NCBI RefSeq assembly: GCF_006345805.1
Contig: NC_043013.1
Span: forward strand, 42,594,001-42,658,000
Direction: 5' to 3'
DNA length: 64,000 nucleotides
DNA from: Octopus sinensis
Lineage: Eukaryota
The notes under the pieces are model-generated. The model was given only the letters and a program-made list of their open reading frames with translations. It searched no databases and had not been told where the DNA came from. Below, piece by piece: positions 38,813-52,177 of this stretch. The position numbers were made by a program, and so were the translations under genes. Position 1 is the stretch's first letter; every line of letters starts with the position of its first letter.

Positions 38813-41441
38813 TTAATATGCTAAAATTATGACAATATAACTTGAGCCTTGCTATAAAAAATGTCATGAGCACAGCAGAGAAAATGCCTAAGTTGTAACG
38901 AAAAAACTTCATTGAATGATATTTTATTCAGTTCGGTTATTATTTTGAGAATTATATTTAGATTTAAGACAGTTGAAACCTTAAAAAAAAAAAAAACTCT
39001 TTTTCCTTACATGCTAAAATTATAATACAGCTCTCTGTTTATGAACAGGCACAGCTGTGTGATAAAAAGTTTGCTTCCCAACCACATGGTTCCAGGATCA
39101 GTCCCACTGCATGTCACCTTGGGCAAGTGTCATTTACTGCAGTCTTGGGGCAACCAAAACCTTGTAAATAAATTTAGTAGACAGAGACTGAAAGAAGCCT
39201 GCCATGTGTGTGTGTGTCCCACCACTTGATAACCAGTGTTGGTTTGATTACATTCCCTTAATGTAGCAGTTCAGCAAAAGAGTCTGATAAAATAGGCACC
39301 AAGCTTAAAAAAAATTATTGGGGTTGATTCATTCAACTAAAATTCTATACGGTGGTAACCCCAGCATGGCCACAGTCTAATGATTGGAACAAGTAAAAGA
39401 TAAAAGATGCTATAAAAATAATTAAAGTTCTAGAGAAAAAAATCCCCATGCAACAGTATTTTGTTTAAAATTGTTTTCAGACTATAAACTACATTGAAAG
39501 ACATGGAGCATGGAAAACAGTGATTTCCCTTATAAACAAAAATTATGAAGCTGTATTTCCTCGGCTTAGAAAATGTCATCCATAAACACAGATAAATTAT
39601 GCACAAGTTACAGAGAATAAAATGCAATGCAGTTTGTCTTTATTTTATTTGTAAGACTTGAAAAACAAGGAAAGAATTTTTTTTTCACACTAAAACTATG
39701 ACAACCTGAAACATGAGAAAAGAATTAATTTCTCTTGCAGACTAAAATTATGACACCACAAATGTTGCCCATGAGCATAAATAACCATTTGTTTTAACTT
39801 TCCAAATATCCTCCTATATGGAAATATAGCTGTGTTTCCAGCCGATTCTCATATTGATTTTATTTTGGATAAATAGGAGAGAGGAAAAGAGAGAGATCAT
39901 AATCATTAGTTTAATGTCTGCTTTTCTATGCTTGCATGGGCTGGATAGATTTTACTAAGGTAGCTTTTTTTTTTCCCCCTCACAGCCAGATGCCCTTCCT
40001 GTTGCCAACCTTCACCTGTTTGTACAGAAGGGAATATTTCCCCACAGAAGAGATAAAAAGGCAAAGTGAAATCCTAACACGCTAAGAACAACCAAGAGGA
40101 TTTTAGAGAGCAAAAAAAAAATAAAATAGAAAAAAATCCTACTTAAAATATATTTAATACAATCACTATTCAACATTCATTTCAACACTACCTCCAACAC
40201 TTTAGGTAACCATACGCTTTAATTTGATTCTTTTACTCTCTTACTTGTTTCAGTCATTTGACTGTGGTCAAGCTAGAGCACCAGGAATAAGTCTCTTTTG
40301 TCAAACTTTTAAGTTACAGGGACATAAACACATCAACACTAGTTGTCGTGGTGGTGGGGAGCAAATACAAGCACGCACACACATTATACGTACATACATA
40401 CGACAGGCTTCTTCCGGCTTCCATCTACCAAATCCACTCACAAGGCTTTGGTCGGCCCGAGGCCATAGTAAAAGACACTTGCCCAAGGTGCCACACAGTG
40501 GGATGGAACCAGGAACTATGTGGTTGAGAAGCAAGCTTCTTACCAACAGCTACATCTGCGCCAAAGTTTTTTGGGTTTTTTTCTTCTTTTTTTTTTAATA
40601 AAGAGGCTTGAAATAAATTATGCAAAACATCCAAGTCATAAACCTTAGGTGTTCTCCAAACCCACACTGCTGATTTTCTCTGCAAAATCAAAGTAACTGC
40701 AGCCAGTCAAAGATATGAGCTCTGCAAGGTGGGGGTGACTGTTGCAGCAAATGTTGTTGGCCAGTCTCCACAGCAACCCGATTGCAATCATGTCCACAAG
40801 GCAAACATGACTGTTCTATGGTGTACAACCCATTTATTCTCAACATTACTCCCCCCACCTCCTTTTTTCTTTTATTATTTTTGTTCCCTTGGTGAGGTAG
40901 TTATGAGGTGGGCAGGTCTCTAATTTGATCTTTCATACTTTTAATGTGTTTTTTTCTTTCTATAAAACTATGTTGTTAATAAAATATAATTCATAATATT
41001 CTTACTGAAATAATATATCCCAACATGTTACATAATAGATTGGATCAAAATTTAACAATAAAGCCAGTATATAACATTTTTTTTTTTTACTGTATACAAT
41101 CATATTACTGCAATTATATAAATGTACATATAGACAGTGAGGTAGCAATTACATAAAGCTAGACAGGAGTTACTTAGCAAGACAGGTGGATGGTAGGGAG
41201 ACAGGTGCTGAAAGGAAGGGCCATTAGTGTAATGCACTTCAACAAATAGTTTCTGAGATTGGAGTTTTGATTATATAGATATACATATAAAAATGTATAT
41301 CATCATTATCATTTACCATCATTCTTTTCATGCTGACTTGGTTGGATGGTTTGACAAGAACAGAGGAGCCAGAAAGCTCCAGCAGGTTCTATATCTTCTT
41401 TGGCATGGTTCCTACAGCTGGATCCCCTTCAAGCTCCATTT

Positions 41442-41493
<52 letters not shown>

Positions 41494-41704
41494 TATGTGA
41501 AATAGAAAGATGAATAATCTTGTAGTAGATTAATCAAAAGTTTAACCGATACCTTAGTAGCAAAAATCACAGCAGTGAACAGCACGGTTGGAGGTACAAC
41601 CATCTGGCGTTGCAACCGTGCGTTGGTGCGGATAATTGAATTTAAAACATTATTGGTGAATTGAAGAAATGGAGCTGAACGCAGATTGAACAGAAAACGT
41701 TTTA

Positions 41705-41793
41705 TTTCATTCTACACGTGTTTCGAAAGGCACAAATTACCAAAATCCGATTGAATAATGGGACCATATTGTGTCTTTCTCTTCAGGAAGAAA
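41705..41793 (-). ncRNA. Mirror copy of the hammerhead motif, sense to the LMBR1 pre-mRNA (intron 2)
   Basis: Exact reverse complement of 41935-42023 in the left palindrome arm. Confidence 0.8.
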
Positions 41794-41934
41794 AAAGGAA
41801 ATCCGTTGGAAAAACAAAAACAGAACAGAGGCAGAGCAAAAAACAAATCGAACTGTGCTCCTCTTAGGAGCACAGTTCGATTTGTTTTTTGCTCTGCCTC
41901 TGTTCTGTTTTTGTTTTTCCAACGGATTTCCTTT

Positions 41935-42023
41935 TTTCTTCCTGAAGAGAAAGACACAATATGGTCCCATTATTCAATCGGATTTTGGTAATTTGTGCCT
42001 TTCGAAACACGTGTAGAATGAAA
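41935..42023 (+). ncRNA. Type I hammerhead ribozyme motif (Penelope-type, minimal helix III)
   Basis: Helix I TTTCTTC/GAA(T)GAAA; CTGAAGA 41942-41948; helix II GAAAGACACAA/TTGTGCCTTTC (10 of 11 pairs); GAAA-C-ACGT-G-T-A with palindromic tetraloop; GUA site at 42013-42015; AATAAA at 42022. Confidence 0.8.
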
Positions 42024-42076
42024 TAAAACGTTTTCTGTTCAATCTGCGTTCAGCTCCATTTCTTCAATTCACCAAT

Positions 42077-42124
<48 letters not shown>

Positions 42125-45039
42125 GCATGTGAATGTGAAGGTGCATGGCTCAATGGTCAGAGCATCAGATTCACAGTCATGAGGTAGAGAGTTTGATTCC
42201 TGGACTGGGCTGTATGTTGTGTTCTTGAGCAAGACACTTTATTTCACATTGCTCCAGTTCACTCAATTGTAAAAATGAGTTGCGACGTCACTGGCACCAA
42301 GCTGTATCAGCCTTTGCCTTTCCCTTGGATAACATCGATGGTGTGGAAAAGAGAGCTGAGTATGCATGGGCAACTGCTGGTCATCCATAAACAATCTTGC
42401 CCAGACTTGTGCCTTGATGGGTAACTTTCTAGGTAGAATGCCATGGTCGTTTATGATTGAACAGGGTCTTTTTTTTTCTTTTATTAGGGTATTCACTTGT
42501 TTGTCGAGGGTGCTGCTTTTCTCCACATATGAATGTAGGAGTCAATATCTGATCAGGAAGTGAAGCAATTCTGTAGATTTTTTGGGCCCCTTTCCACTAC
42601 AACACCAGAACAACCAGGGGCTACCCACCAATGTAGGCAACAAAACTCCCACACAACAGTATGTGTGTGTGTGTACACACACATATATTCTGCACACTTT
42701 TTGATCTCTTATCCCTATTTTCTACTATATTCCACTTGTGCCTTGAGAGTACACCTTCACAATCTCTTTCTCTCTTCCCATCTGGGGAAAATATATATCT
42801 CTTCTTCAGCAAGACACGTATTTCTGTCCCTCCATCATACTTTAACCTCTCAACATAAAGCATAAAGCCACCTCCCTCAATATCACACCACTGTCCCAGT
42901 CATCAAGAGATCTTGTCTTGCAAGTTACTTGGTGACCTCAGTGGTGTTGGCACCATGAAAAGAAGCACCCAATACACTCTGTAAAGTGGTTGGTGTTAAG
43001 AAGGACATCCAGCTGTAAAAACCATACCACAGTAGACAGTGGATTTCACAACAGCCATCCAATCCATGCTAACATGGAAAGCAGATAAAAGCAGATATTA
43101 AACAATGATGATGACGATGATAAATGTATACAAGATTTTTAATAAGATTTGTCACAAAATTTATGAGCTGTAAATCGAATGGATCCTAATATTTCAAGGA
43201 CAGGCCCTTGCACAATATTCCTGTCAACTAAACTAAATCTTAATCAAAATTTCATTATGTACACTTTATTCTTAAGAGGTGTTTGGATGGTGGACATAAA
43301 CATTCAGTTCAACATCAACACTTGGCCTTTAGCAGAGCCCATATATTGCAAGCATTTAGACCAAGTTTGCAATTTGTGGATAACTTTCACCCACTTGCTT
43401 AAAAAGCCATGTAAAGAGCATTTTCTTTTTCTAACTAAACCACTTTCTTTTTTCTAACTGAACCATTTTCTTTTTCTAACTAAACCATTGAAAAAATATA
43501 TAAGACATAATACACATTTATGAGAACATTATTTCAAGGACTGGGTACCAATAGCTTCTTATCTAAAACTTACCAAGAAGACAACTTCATTAGAGGGAAC
43601 ACTTGTCCAGAAGCCACTTGCATGAGATCATTCACCCTGAGGTCACCTACATGGGAGAGTGTCACTCGTCCAGTATGAACAGACACACATCTAGTGGCCA
43701 CCAGTAAAGGATACACGCACACAGTCGCCACCAGTAAGGGAAAGATACATACACATACAAACAGGTACTTAAAAGAGTTGCACAGTTGTTTCCAGTAAAA
43801 CAGAGTCACCCAGCTGCTAGCACTAAGGGGAACACAGCCATTCTCAGCATCCATCTGAAACACTAACCCAGTTATCACCAGTAAAGACAGCACAGGCACT
43901 TAGACATTACCTATAAAGAGCCCATCACCAATGGCATTGAAAAGTGGTACAAGTGCATTTCCATAGAGACCAGCTTTAGAGAGGAAATACATTTCTTCTA
44001 CTGCCAGGCACTGAGACGACCAAATAATTCATGGCATCATTAAAGAAAGGAAGTCCTTCAATTCTTATCAAGTGACTAACAAAGTCAGCCAGTAGTATAT
44101 CCTCTACCTTATACACAAGCTTCTAGTCAGCACTTAGCTAACCTCAAACACTACTAAACAGCAAAACAGGAGGAGAGAGAGAAAGTACAACAGTTTATAT
44201 ATAATCTTAATTTCTTGGACATCAATCAAATTTGACCCTCTCCTGGTGTAGGTCATGAGAGGTTAATAGTAAGGAATTAGTAGAACAACAAAACTAACAT
44301 TTTCCATACATTGGATAATGGTTTCAGCCACTAAAACTACGTATGGAACCAAAAGTGGAGCTAGAAATGAACTAAAAGTGAACCAAGAATGGAACTCACA
44401 CATGGACAGAGTGCAGAAACAGGTGTAGAGCCCAGGTGTGTACCAAATGTAGCTATTGTGACACTAGCACAAGATAGAAATAATCATAGCGAAACTATAC
44501 AAAATGTTAAACACTTGGATCACTCTTTCTTCTACAGAAGCAGGTTTCTCTCAAATTCACTCCCTCCAAACGAGTCCACTCTCTATTCACCAGAAGTGAA
44601 TAACTATTGGACTAGCTGCTCAAAAGCCAAGTGTTCAAATCCACTGCAAGCATTTCAATGCATTTCTGTGTAGAAACCTTTATTGCTCATGGCTCCCAGT
44701 TCATCTGGATGTCAAGGAAATAAACTAAATCATTTGCAATAGATCAGACTCCTACCCATGGAGAGGAGAAAAGATTTATCTTTCATCTGCTTATTATAAA
44801 ACTGGGGCTAAGCACAGGCCCTTAACAGTTTCTTCGGGGTTTTGTAGGTATATACATTATAATCACTAAACCTACAATAATTAAAACACAATTTAAGTTA
44901 GTATATCACAAACTAAAAAGATTGAGAATGGGCCCTAAGAGCTAGCTTGCTCTGTCTCTCTCTCTTATTGCCATCTATATTAAATATCTGGAAAATTTCT
45001 TTTCCATGACCAATTCCTCCCACTTTACCATTGAATAAC

Positions 45040-46318
45040 ATGATGACAATGATGATAACAATTACGATGATGATGATGATGATAATTACGATGATGATAA
45101 TTACGATGATGATAATTACGATGATGATGACGATAATTACGATGATGATCACGATGATCACAATGATGATAATGATGATGATGATAACAATGGTGATGAG
45201 GAAGACAGTTACGGTGACGATGATGATGGCAATTATGACAATGATGATGGCAATTATGACAATGATGATGGCAATTATGACAATGATGATGGCAATTATG
45301 ACAATGATGATGGCAATTATGACAATGATGATGGCAATTATGACAATGATGATGGCAATTATGACAATGATGATGGCAATTATGACAATGATGATGGCAA
45401 TTATGACAATGATGGCAATTATGACAATGATGATGGCAATTATGACGCAATCATGGTGATGATGGGAATTATGGTGATAATGGCAATTATGATGATGATG
45501 GCAATTATGATGATGATGGCAATTATGATGATGATGGCAATTATGATGATGATGGCAATTATGATGATGATGGCAATTATGATGACGATGATGGCAATTA
45601 TGATGACGATGATGGCAATTATGATGACGATGATGGCAATTATGATGACGATGATGGCAATTATGATGACGATGATGGCAATTATGATGATGATGATGGC
45701 AATTATGATGATGATGGCAATTATGACAATGATGATGGCAATTATGACAATGATGATGGCAATTATGACAATGATGATGGCAATTATGACAATGATGATG
45801 GCAATTATGACAATGATGATGGCAATTATGACAATGATGATGGCAATTATGACAATGATGATGGCAATTATGACAATGATGATGGCAATTATGACAATGA
45901 TGATGGCAATTATGATGACGATGATGGCAATTATGACGACGATGATGATGGCAATTATGATGCAATCATATGATGATGGGAATTATGTTGATGATAGCAA
46001 TTATGATAATGATGGCAATTATGGTGATGATGGCAATTATGGTGATGATGGCAATTATGGTGATGATGGCAATTATGGTGATGATGGCAATTATGGTGAT
46101 GATGGCAATTATGGTGATGATGGCAATTATGGTGATGATGGCAATTATGGTGATGATGGCAATTATGGTGATGATGGCAATTATGGTGATGATGGCAATT
46201 ATGGTGATGATGGCAATTATGGTGATGATGGCAATTATGGTGATGATGGCAATTATGGTGATGACGATGATGGCAATTATGGTGATGACGATGATGATGG
46301 CAATTATGATGACAATTA
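45040..46318. repeat. Compound minisatellite of 18- and 21-bp units built on GATGATGGCAATTAT
   Basis: Blocks of GACAATGATGATGGCAATTAT, GATGATGATGGCAATTAT and GGTGATGATGGCAATTAT, apparently derived from (GAT)n. Confidence 0.97.
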
Positions 46319-46488
46319 TCAACACTTGTTTTCACCGATTCCCTCTCAAATAGATAACCCCACCCTGACAAACTAACTTCAGTCAGTTATGAACTGCCAC
46401 AACCATCAACTGACCCTCTCATACTCTCACCAAAAATACGAGCCCCCACCTATTCATGAAAAGAAAGACAACAAAAAAAAAGACTTAC

Positions 46489-46582
46489 CGGTATAGCACT
46501 CATCAGTGTCAGGTTTTTTCCTGATCAACTGGATCCCAACATAGGACAGTAGTATCAATAGAACTGATAGCAGCAGAAATAT
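46489..46582 (-). CDS. LMBR1: LMBR1-family coding exon 2 (IFLLLSVLLILLSYVGIQLIRKKPDTDECYT-G), first TM helix
   Basis: ttccag acceptor, G|gtaagt donor, 94 nt, phase 0->1; matches the ICFLLF..LY..SY region of LMBR1 and joins the next exon in frame. Confidence 0.88.
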
Positions 46583-47641
46583 CTGGAATATAAGAAAAAA
46601 GGATAGTTATTATCCTTTAGTATTCAGATTACTGTCAAATATATTGCTTATTTATTCACATTGTTTTGAATTAGCCATGCATTAGCTTCTGGCCTCAAGA
46701 TTTCGATGACATGATTGTTTATTTTTACACTGAGATTGTAAGGTAGATGTGAGAGACTAGATTTGGCCAGTATCAGCATAAAACGGGTAGAATATTTTGG
46801 CTGGATATGACTGGTTCAAATTGCTAAAAGGTTACGACACAGCAATTTTAGAAGCAAACCAGGAAGCCTCAACTGGGGTCCATATGACCCATGGGGGTTC
46901 ATATAAGATTTCTAGGGATCCATCATAACAAAATAAATTGGAGATCCAAAGGAGTAGTTTAAGGACCCCTGAATAAATTTTTGATATAAAGTATATATTA
47001 CAAGAAACAGCCAGGTTTCTTTCTCTAATGTTTTACATAGTTCAACCTACACAAGTTTATGTGTGAATAACAAAATAGGAATTTTGAAACTTGCATTTAT
47101 AAAACTAGATTTTAAACAGTGAATGGCTATGGGAGTCTACCAAAATAAAATAATAATCAAAGCGGTTCATAAAGAATGGTTGAGAATCACTGCTCTGTAC
47201 AGACACTATTTACTAGAAATAGCAGCCAAATACTCATTTCCTCAACTTACACACACTACTAATCTTAAAAACGAAAGTACATTACATAGTATAGATCTAG
47301 AAACTCCAAAAATAATGGGATGATCACAGCTATAATGCTTTTCATCATAGGTCTGCTGGACCACAGCTGGGGTTAAAGAACAACAAGGAAGGACATATTG
47401 ACTAATGTATTTCTAGATTCTCTGTGCTTCAGAGAAGTAGTAGTTGCAGTTGGAACATCTTTGGTCACCAGTTCGCTGGATCACAGCTGACCTAAGGATA
47501 AGGCTCAAGAACAACAAACAAGGAAGGGAAGGACATAATGGCTAATGTTTTTCTAGGTACACTATGCTAAATAAAGATGGGATAGTTATGGTTAGAACAT
47601 CTTTGAGCAGCAACTTTGTGGTCCTAGTGGACTGTTTAAAT

Positions 47642-47894
47642 CAATGGTTTTCAACTGGGGTCCACATGACCCTTAGGGGTCCCTGCAAGATTTTGTTAAA
47701 ATTTACATGCAATAGATTGGTTTTACTTCTACAGTACACAAAATATTCTATTCTTTTATATACAATTTCTAATAATATTTAATTATAAAAATATAAGATT
47801 GATATGTTAAACATTGAATGGTTACGAAGGTCCATCTGAGGAAAACAGAAATCAAAAGGGCCCATAGGTGAAAGAAAATGGTGGAGAAACATTG
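47642..47894. mobile_element. hAT-type MITE (related copies ~46860-47192, ~58850-59170, partial ~53971-54090)
   Basis: TIR CAATGGTTTTCAAC...GTGGAGAAACATTG; TSD GTTTAAAT/GTTTAGAT. Confidence 0.75.
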
Positions 47895-49259
47895 GTTTAG
47901 ATAGCCCCTCAACATCTAAGTACCTAATATTGAGCTGAGAAGTAACCATTAGCTTCAACAGTCATACAAACCAATGAGCAAGTCTCTATATGGTCATTAC
48001 TCAAACTGCCAGTAACATCAGTTAAATGTCTCCCAAACCATATTCTACCATTTTTAAGGAAAATGGTAGATTGAATAATGTGCTCAGGGCACACTATTCC
48101 TGGATTATTAAAAAAAAAAATGGTTTGGCCATGGTTTAACCCTTTAGCATTCAGATTATTCTGTCAAATGTGATGCTTATCAATTCATATTACGATGACG
48201 AGGGTTCCAGTTGATCTGATCAACATTACGGCCTACTTGTGAAATTAACGTGCAAGTGGTTGAGCACTCCATAGACACATATACACAAAGTAGTTCTCGG
48301 GGAGATTCAGCATGACACAGAGTGTGACAAGGCTGGCCCTTTGAAATGCAGGAATTACACATTTTTGCCAGCTGAGTGGACTGGAGCAATGTGAAATGCT
48401 AAAGACACAACGCATCACCAGGAATTGAACTCACAACCTTATGATCGTGAGCCAAATACCCTAACCGCTAAGCCACATGCCTTAACTTGTAGTTATGTGG
48501 CTGTGTCCAAAAACTTGGGTCAAAAACTATGAGGGCCTCTATTATAAAGTTTTGCAAAGAAGAGTTGTTGCTATGTTGTAGGGGACAAGTAATTACTTAG
48601 AAGCTCCTGGCTTTCATTTTATTGCTTTTTAATATTCAATTAAACTCTACACAATTCACCCACCACTGGCATCTTTTAAATAAATAGATATATATCATCA
48701 TCATCATTTAATGTTCTTTTACCCTTGCTGGCATGGGGTGGATGGGTCTGACAAGGACAGACAAGTCGGAGGGCTTTGCTGGGTTCCATGTCTGCTTTGG
48801 CATGGTTTCTACAGCTGAATGCCTTTTCTAACACCAACAACCCTGAAGAGTGTACTGGGTATTTTTTACGTGACACCAGCTCTGATAAGATTGCCAAGTA
48901 CCTGCAAGATAAGACCCTTCAACTGAACAGGGGACAGAATGGAGGAATAAGAGACTATGATAGAAGGGAAAAGTGAGAGAGAAAGAGATGCAAGGTCCAG
49001 GCACAACATGAATATGAGATGAAATAGGGGAAGAGGTGGATGTGTAGGTAAGTGCACCGAGTGAATACAGTATGACATGATTAGAGACAGGGAATGAGTT
49101 GGACACAAAGGATTTCAGTTCAGAGTAGAAGAAAATAGGTCACATAGAAAACTAATGGAAGCGTGGGTGCCAGGGGTTGAGTTGTTGGGAAGGCTTGACA
49201 GAAAATCAATTCTGCTGAGATGGATGGGTCTTCTCAAGCGCAGCATATTGCTATTCATC

Positions 49260-50715
49260 TTGGTCCCCTTTCATCTACTCTGAGAGGATCAACATCTTGA
49301 GGTCAGTCTTCACCACTATGTCCCACATCTTTCTAGGTCTACCTCTTCCACAGGCTTCTTCCACATTTAGCAATTTCACTTATTTATACAGCTGTCCTCA
49401 TCCATCCACATCACACAATCATACCAACACAGTCTTCTCTCCTGCACATCACATCTAATGTCTCTTATGCTCAATTTTTCTCTGTTGTATATGTACACTG
49501 ACACTGCACACGCATTGGGGGATACTTGTTTCATTTCTTTAAAGTCTTTACATGTTTTCTGCATTCACAGCCCAAGTTTCACAGCTATGTAGCATTGCTG
49601 TTTGTATGCAGGCATCATACAATCTACCTTTCATTCTGTGAGAGAGGCCTTTTGTTACCAACAGAAGTATAAAAGTTCTCTGAACTTTCTCCAACCAATT
49701 CGTATTCCAGCAACTATACTTTCAGAGCATCCTCCTCCACTGCTAATTAGGTCACCTAGATAACAGAAACTATCTCCTATTTCTAGGGAGCCACCTGAGC
49801 ATTTCAAAGCATCTATTTCCCATGTGCCTTTATTATTTATTGCTCCTGTAAATCTACCACAAACAAATTCTATTTTCTCTGTTAACCTTCCTGTAATTCC
49901 ACTGTGCCTCTTCTGCGTCCATAGTTTGCACTGAGCATACCATATAGAATTTCTACTTACACCTTGTCTACAAATGGAACAGAGCCATTTACCCAAAGGG
50001 AATAGTGTTCTGTTTTCTGGCTAATTAGAACATGGTTGCTAAATTAACTTTAAGACCCTTTGATTCCCAGTTTTGTTTACACAGCTATAAGAACAAAGTC
50101 ATCAGCATAAAGTAGTTCCCATAGGCAACCAGTCTTGAAGTCCTCCATTAAATAAGAGGGGACTAATAACTAAACCTTGATGAACTCCTACCTGCACACT
50201 TAATTCATTGCTGTACTTATTGTTAAATCTCACTTTGCTAACAGCATCCTCGTACATTGTTTGAACAGCTTTCACTAGCCATTTATCTACTCCCAGCATT
50301 CGCAGTCACCAGTCGTCGTCGTCGTTTAACGTCCGTTCTCCATGCTAGCATGGGTTGGACGGTTCGACCGGGGTTCTGGGAAGCCAGAAGGCTGCACCAG
50401 GCTCCAGTCTAATTTGGCAATGTTTCTACAGCTGGATGCCCTTCCTAACGCCAACCACTCCGTGAGTGTAGTGGGTGCTTTTTACATGCCACCTGCACAG
50501 GTGCCAGGCGGGGCTGGCAACGGCCACGGTCAGATTGGTGTATTTTATGTGCCACCGGCACGGAAGCCAGTCGAGGCGGTGCTGGCATACATGAGGAATT
50601 GATGCACCCTGTCAAAGGCTGTCTCTGGGTCAACAAATGCTAAGCACAGTGGTTTACTTTTTGCTAAATATTTCTCCTGTAGTTGCCAGATTATAAAGAG
50701 ACCATTAGCAATGTT
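49260..50715 (-). mobile_element. Decayed RTE-type LINE reverse transcriptase fragment, interrupted by a SINE at ~50312-50590
   Basis: VQVGVHQG..ISPLLF, Cys-rich insert C..C..GV..NSI....CKLW, DSFCYLGD.I, IGWRKFRELL, RRLCWY motifs; frameshifted. Confidence 0.85.
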
Positions 50716-52121
50716 TCTCCTTGAGTCTGTAACATTGTCTGTTTTTTTCTGTCCTTGTTTTTGTATACATTCACTGCTTTCTTCCTAGGAATCTAATGCT
50801 CTTAGCTTAGTTTTTCCTTGGGGCTGGCCAGATTGGAGCAATCACGAGTATAATCAGCCGAAATTGCAAAGATAATCTGGAACTCGACTGAGGAAAGAAA
50901 AGCTTGAATGACCCATCCTTGTTTTCTTTGTATCGTCTATCTGGATGTTTTGTTGTCCCATTTTTATATCACCTAGCTGTCCGGGTGTTTTGTGTTCTTG
51001 TCCCATTCTGTATTTTTATACACACACATATATACACACACATATATACACATATATATATATATACATACACACATATATATATACACACACACATACA
51101 TATATATATACACACATACACACACACACACACACACACAGTCTAAAAATCTATAAGTCAGAAAAAATATGCACTCATATGGCAGTTGCCATATTTCATT
51201 CCATAATTGCCATCCTGAAAAGCACAAGGTCACATAATCAGACTGTAACCTAACACACTGTTGTTGAACCCCTAGTACAAAACCAATTGGCAAGATTGGC
51301 CATGATGGATATATAATGCTGTAAACTTTGATTAATGTGCATGTGTGTGTGTAATGTACACAGACACATATGACATATATACATATCTATACACGCACGC
51401 ACATACTTTTTACACATGAAATAATGATTAAAAACTACTCAATCCTGGAAGGAGAATAATCATTAAGCAAATGAAAGATAACGCTGAATAAATACAAGAA
51501 TACTGTTTAGCTGTAGTTTCATCTTTCATATCTTCATTAATAACATGCATAATACAAACAACCACAAAAACGTATAGTCTCCATTGACAACATTTATCAA
51601 AGATTACCAAAGCTTACTACCACCACATAATAAAGCATCAGCTCTGCTGCTGCCAATATCATTCCTGCTCTACTAAAGCCGGTGCTGTCATACAACTAGA
51701 TTCAATGATAACAGCAAGATAACAGTCTTTGTACAGATTTTCCTATTACATAAGCACACGCAAGGTTGAGAGATTAACTTCTACTCTACAGATGGAGGTG
51801 TTTGTGATGTGTTTGTGTTTTCCTCAATATCCTCCAGCGACTTAAAAAGTGTTGTGAAATGGAGTTGGAAGGAAACCGAAACTGGGTCACATGGCTTGCT
51901 GGGAATTAAGTTAGCAGTTGTGAAATCCATGTCATTTTCTAGTTATTTTTTTCCTTCTTCCTTAACCATTTTGTTACCATATTTCGGTTAAACTACACTG
52001 CCCTTGTTTCAGTCAATTTAAGAACAAAGAATTTAGAGAATAACTAGTTTATTTGTTTCGGTCATTAGACTGCTGGAGAACCACTTTGAAGAATTTTTAG
52101 TTGAATGAATCAACCTCAGTG

Positions 52122-52177
<56 letters not shown>

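Larger units (their letters stand above)
41643..42085. repeat. Perfect inverted repeat (two 220-bp arms, 3-nt loop CTT at 41863-41865) within a ~590-bp element (41494-42085) between (TA)n tracts; probable Penelope-like inverted pLTR
   Basis: Arms 41643-41862 and 41866-42085 read as exact reverse complements; mirrored ORFs in the track agree. Confidence 0.95.

Noticed and set aside
41712-42016. Mirror-image ORF pairs of 77-81 aa
   Set aside because: By-product of the palindrome; low complexity, no recognisable domain
50805-50875. Hammerhead-like GGCTG...CAGCC-GAAA in a short repeat (~50720-51015)
   Set aside because: No CUGANGA box or convincing helix I in this copy; at most a decayed remnant
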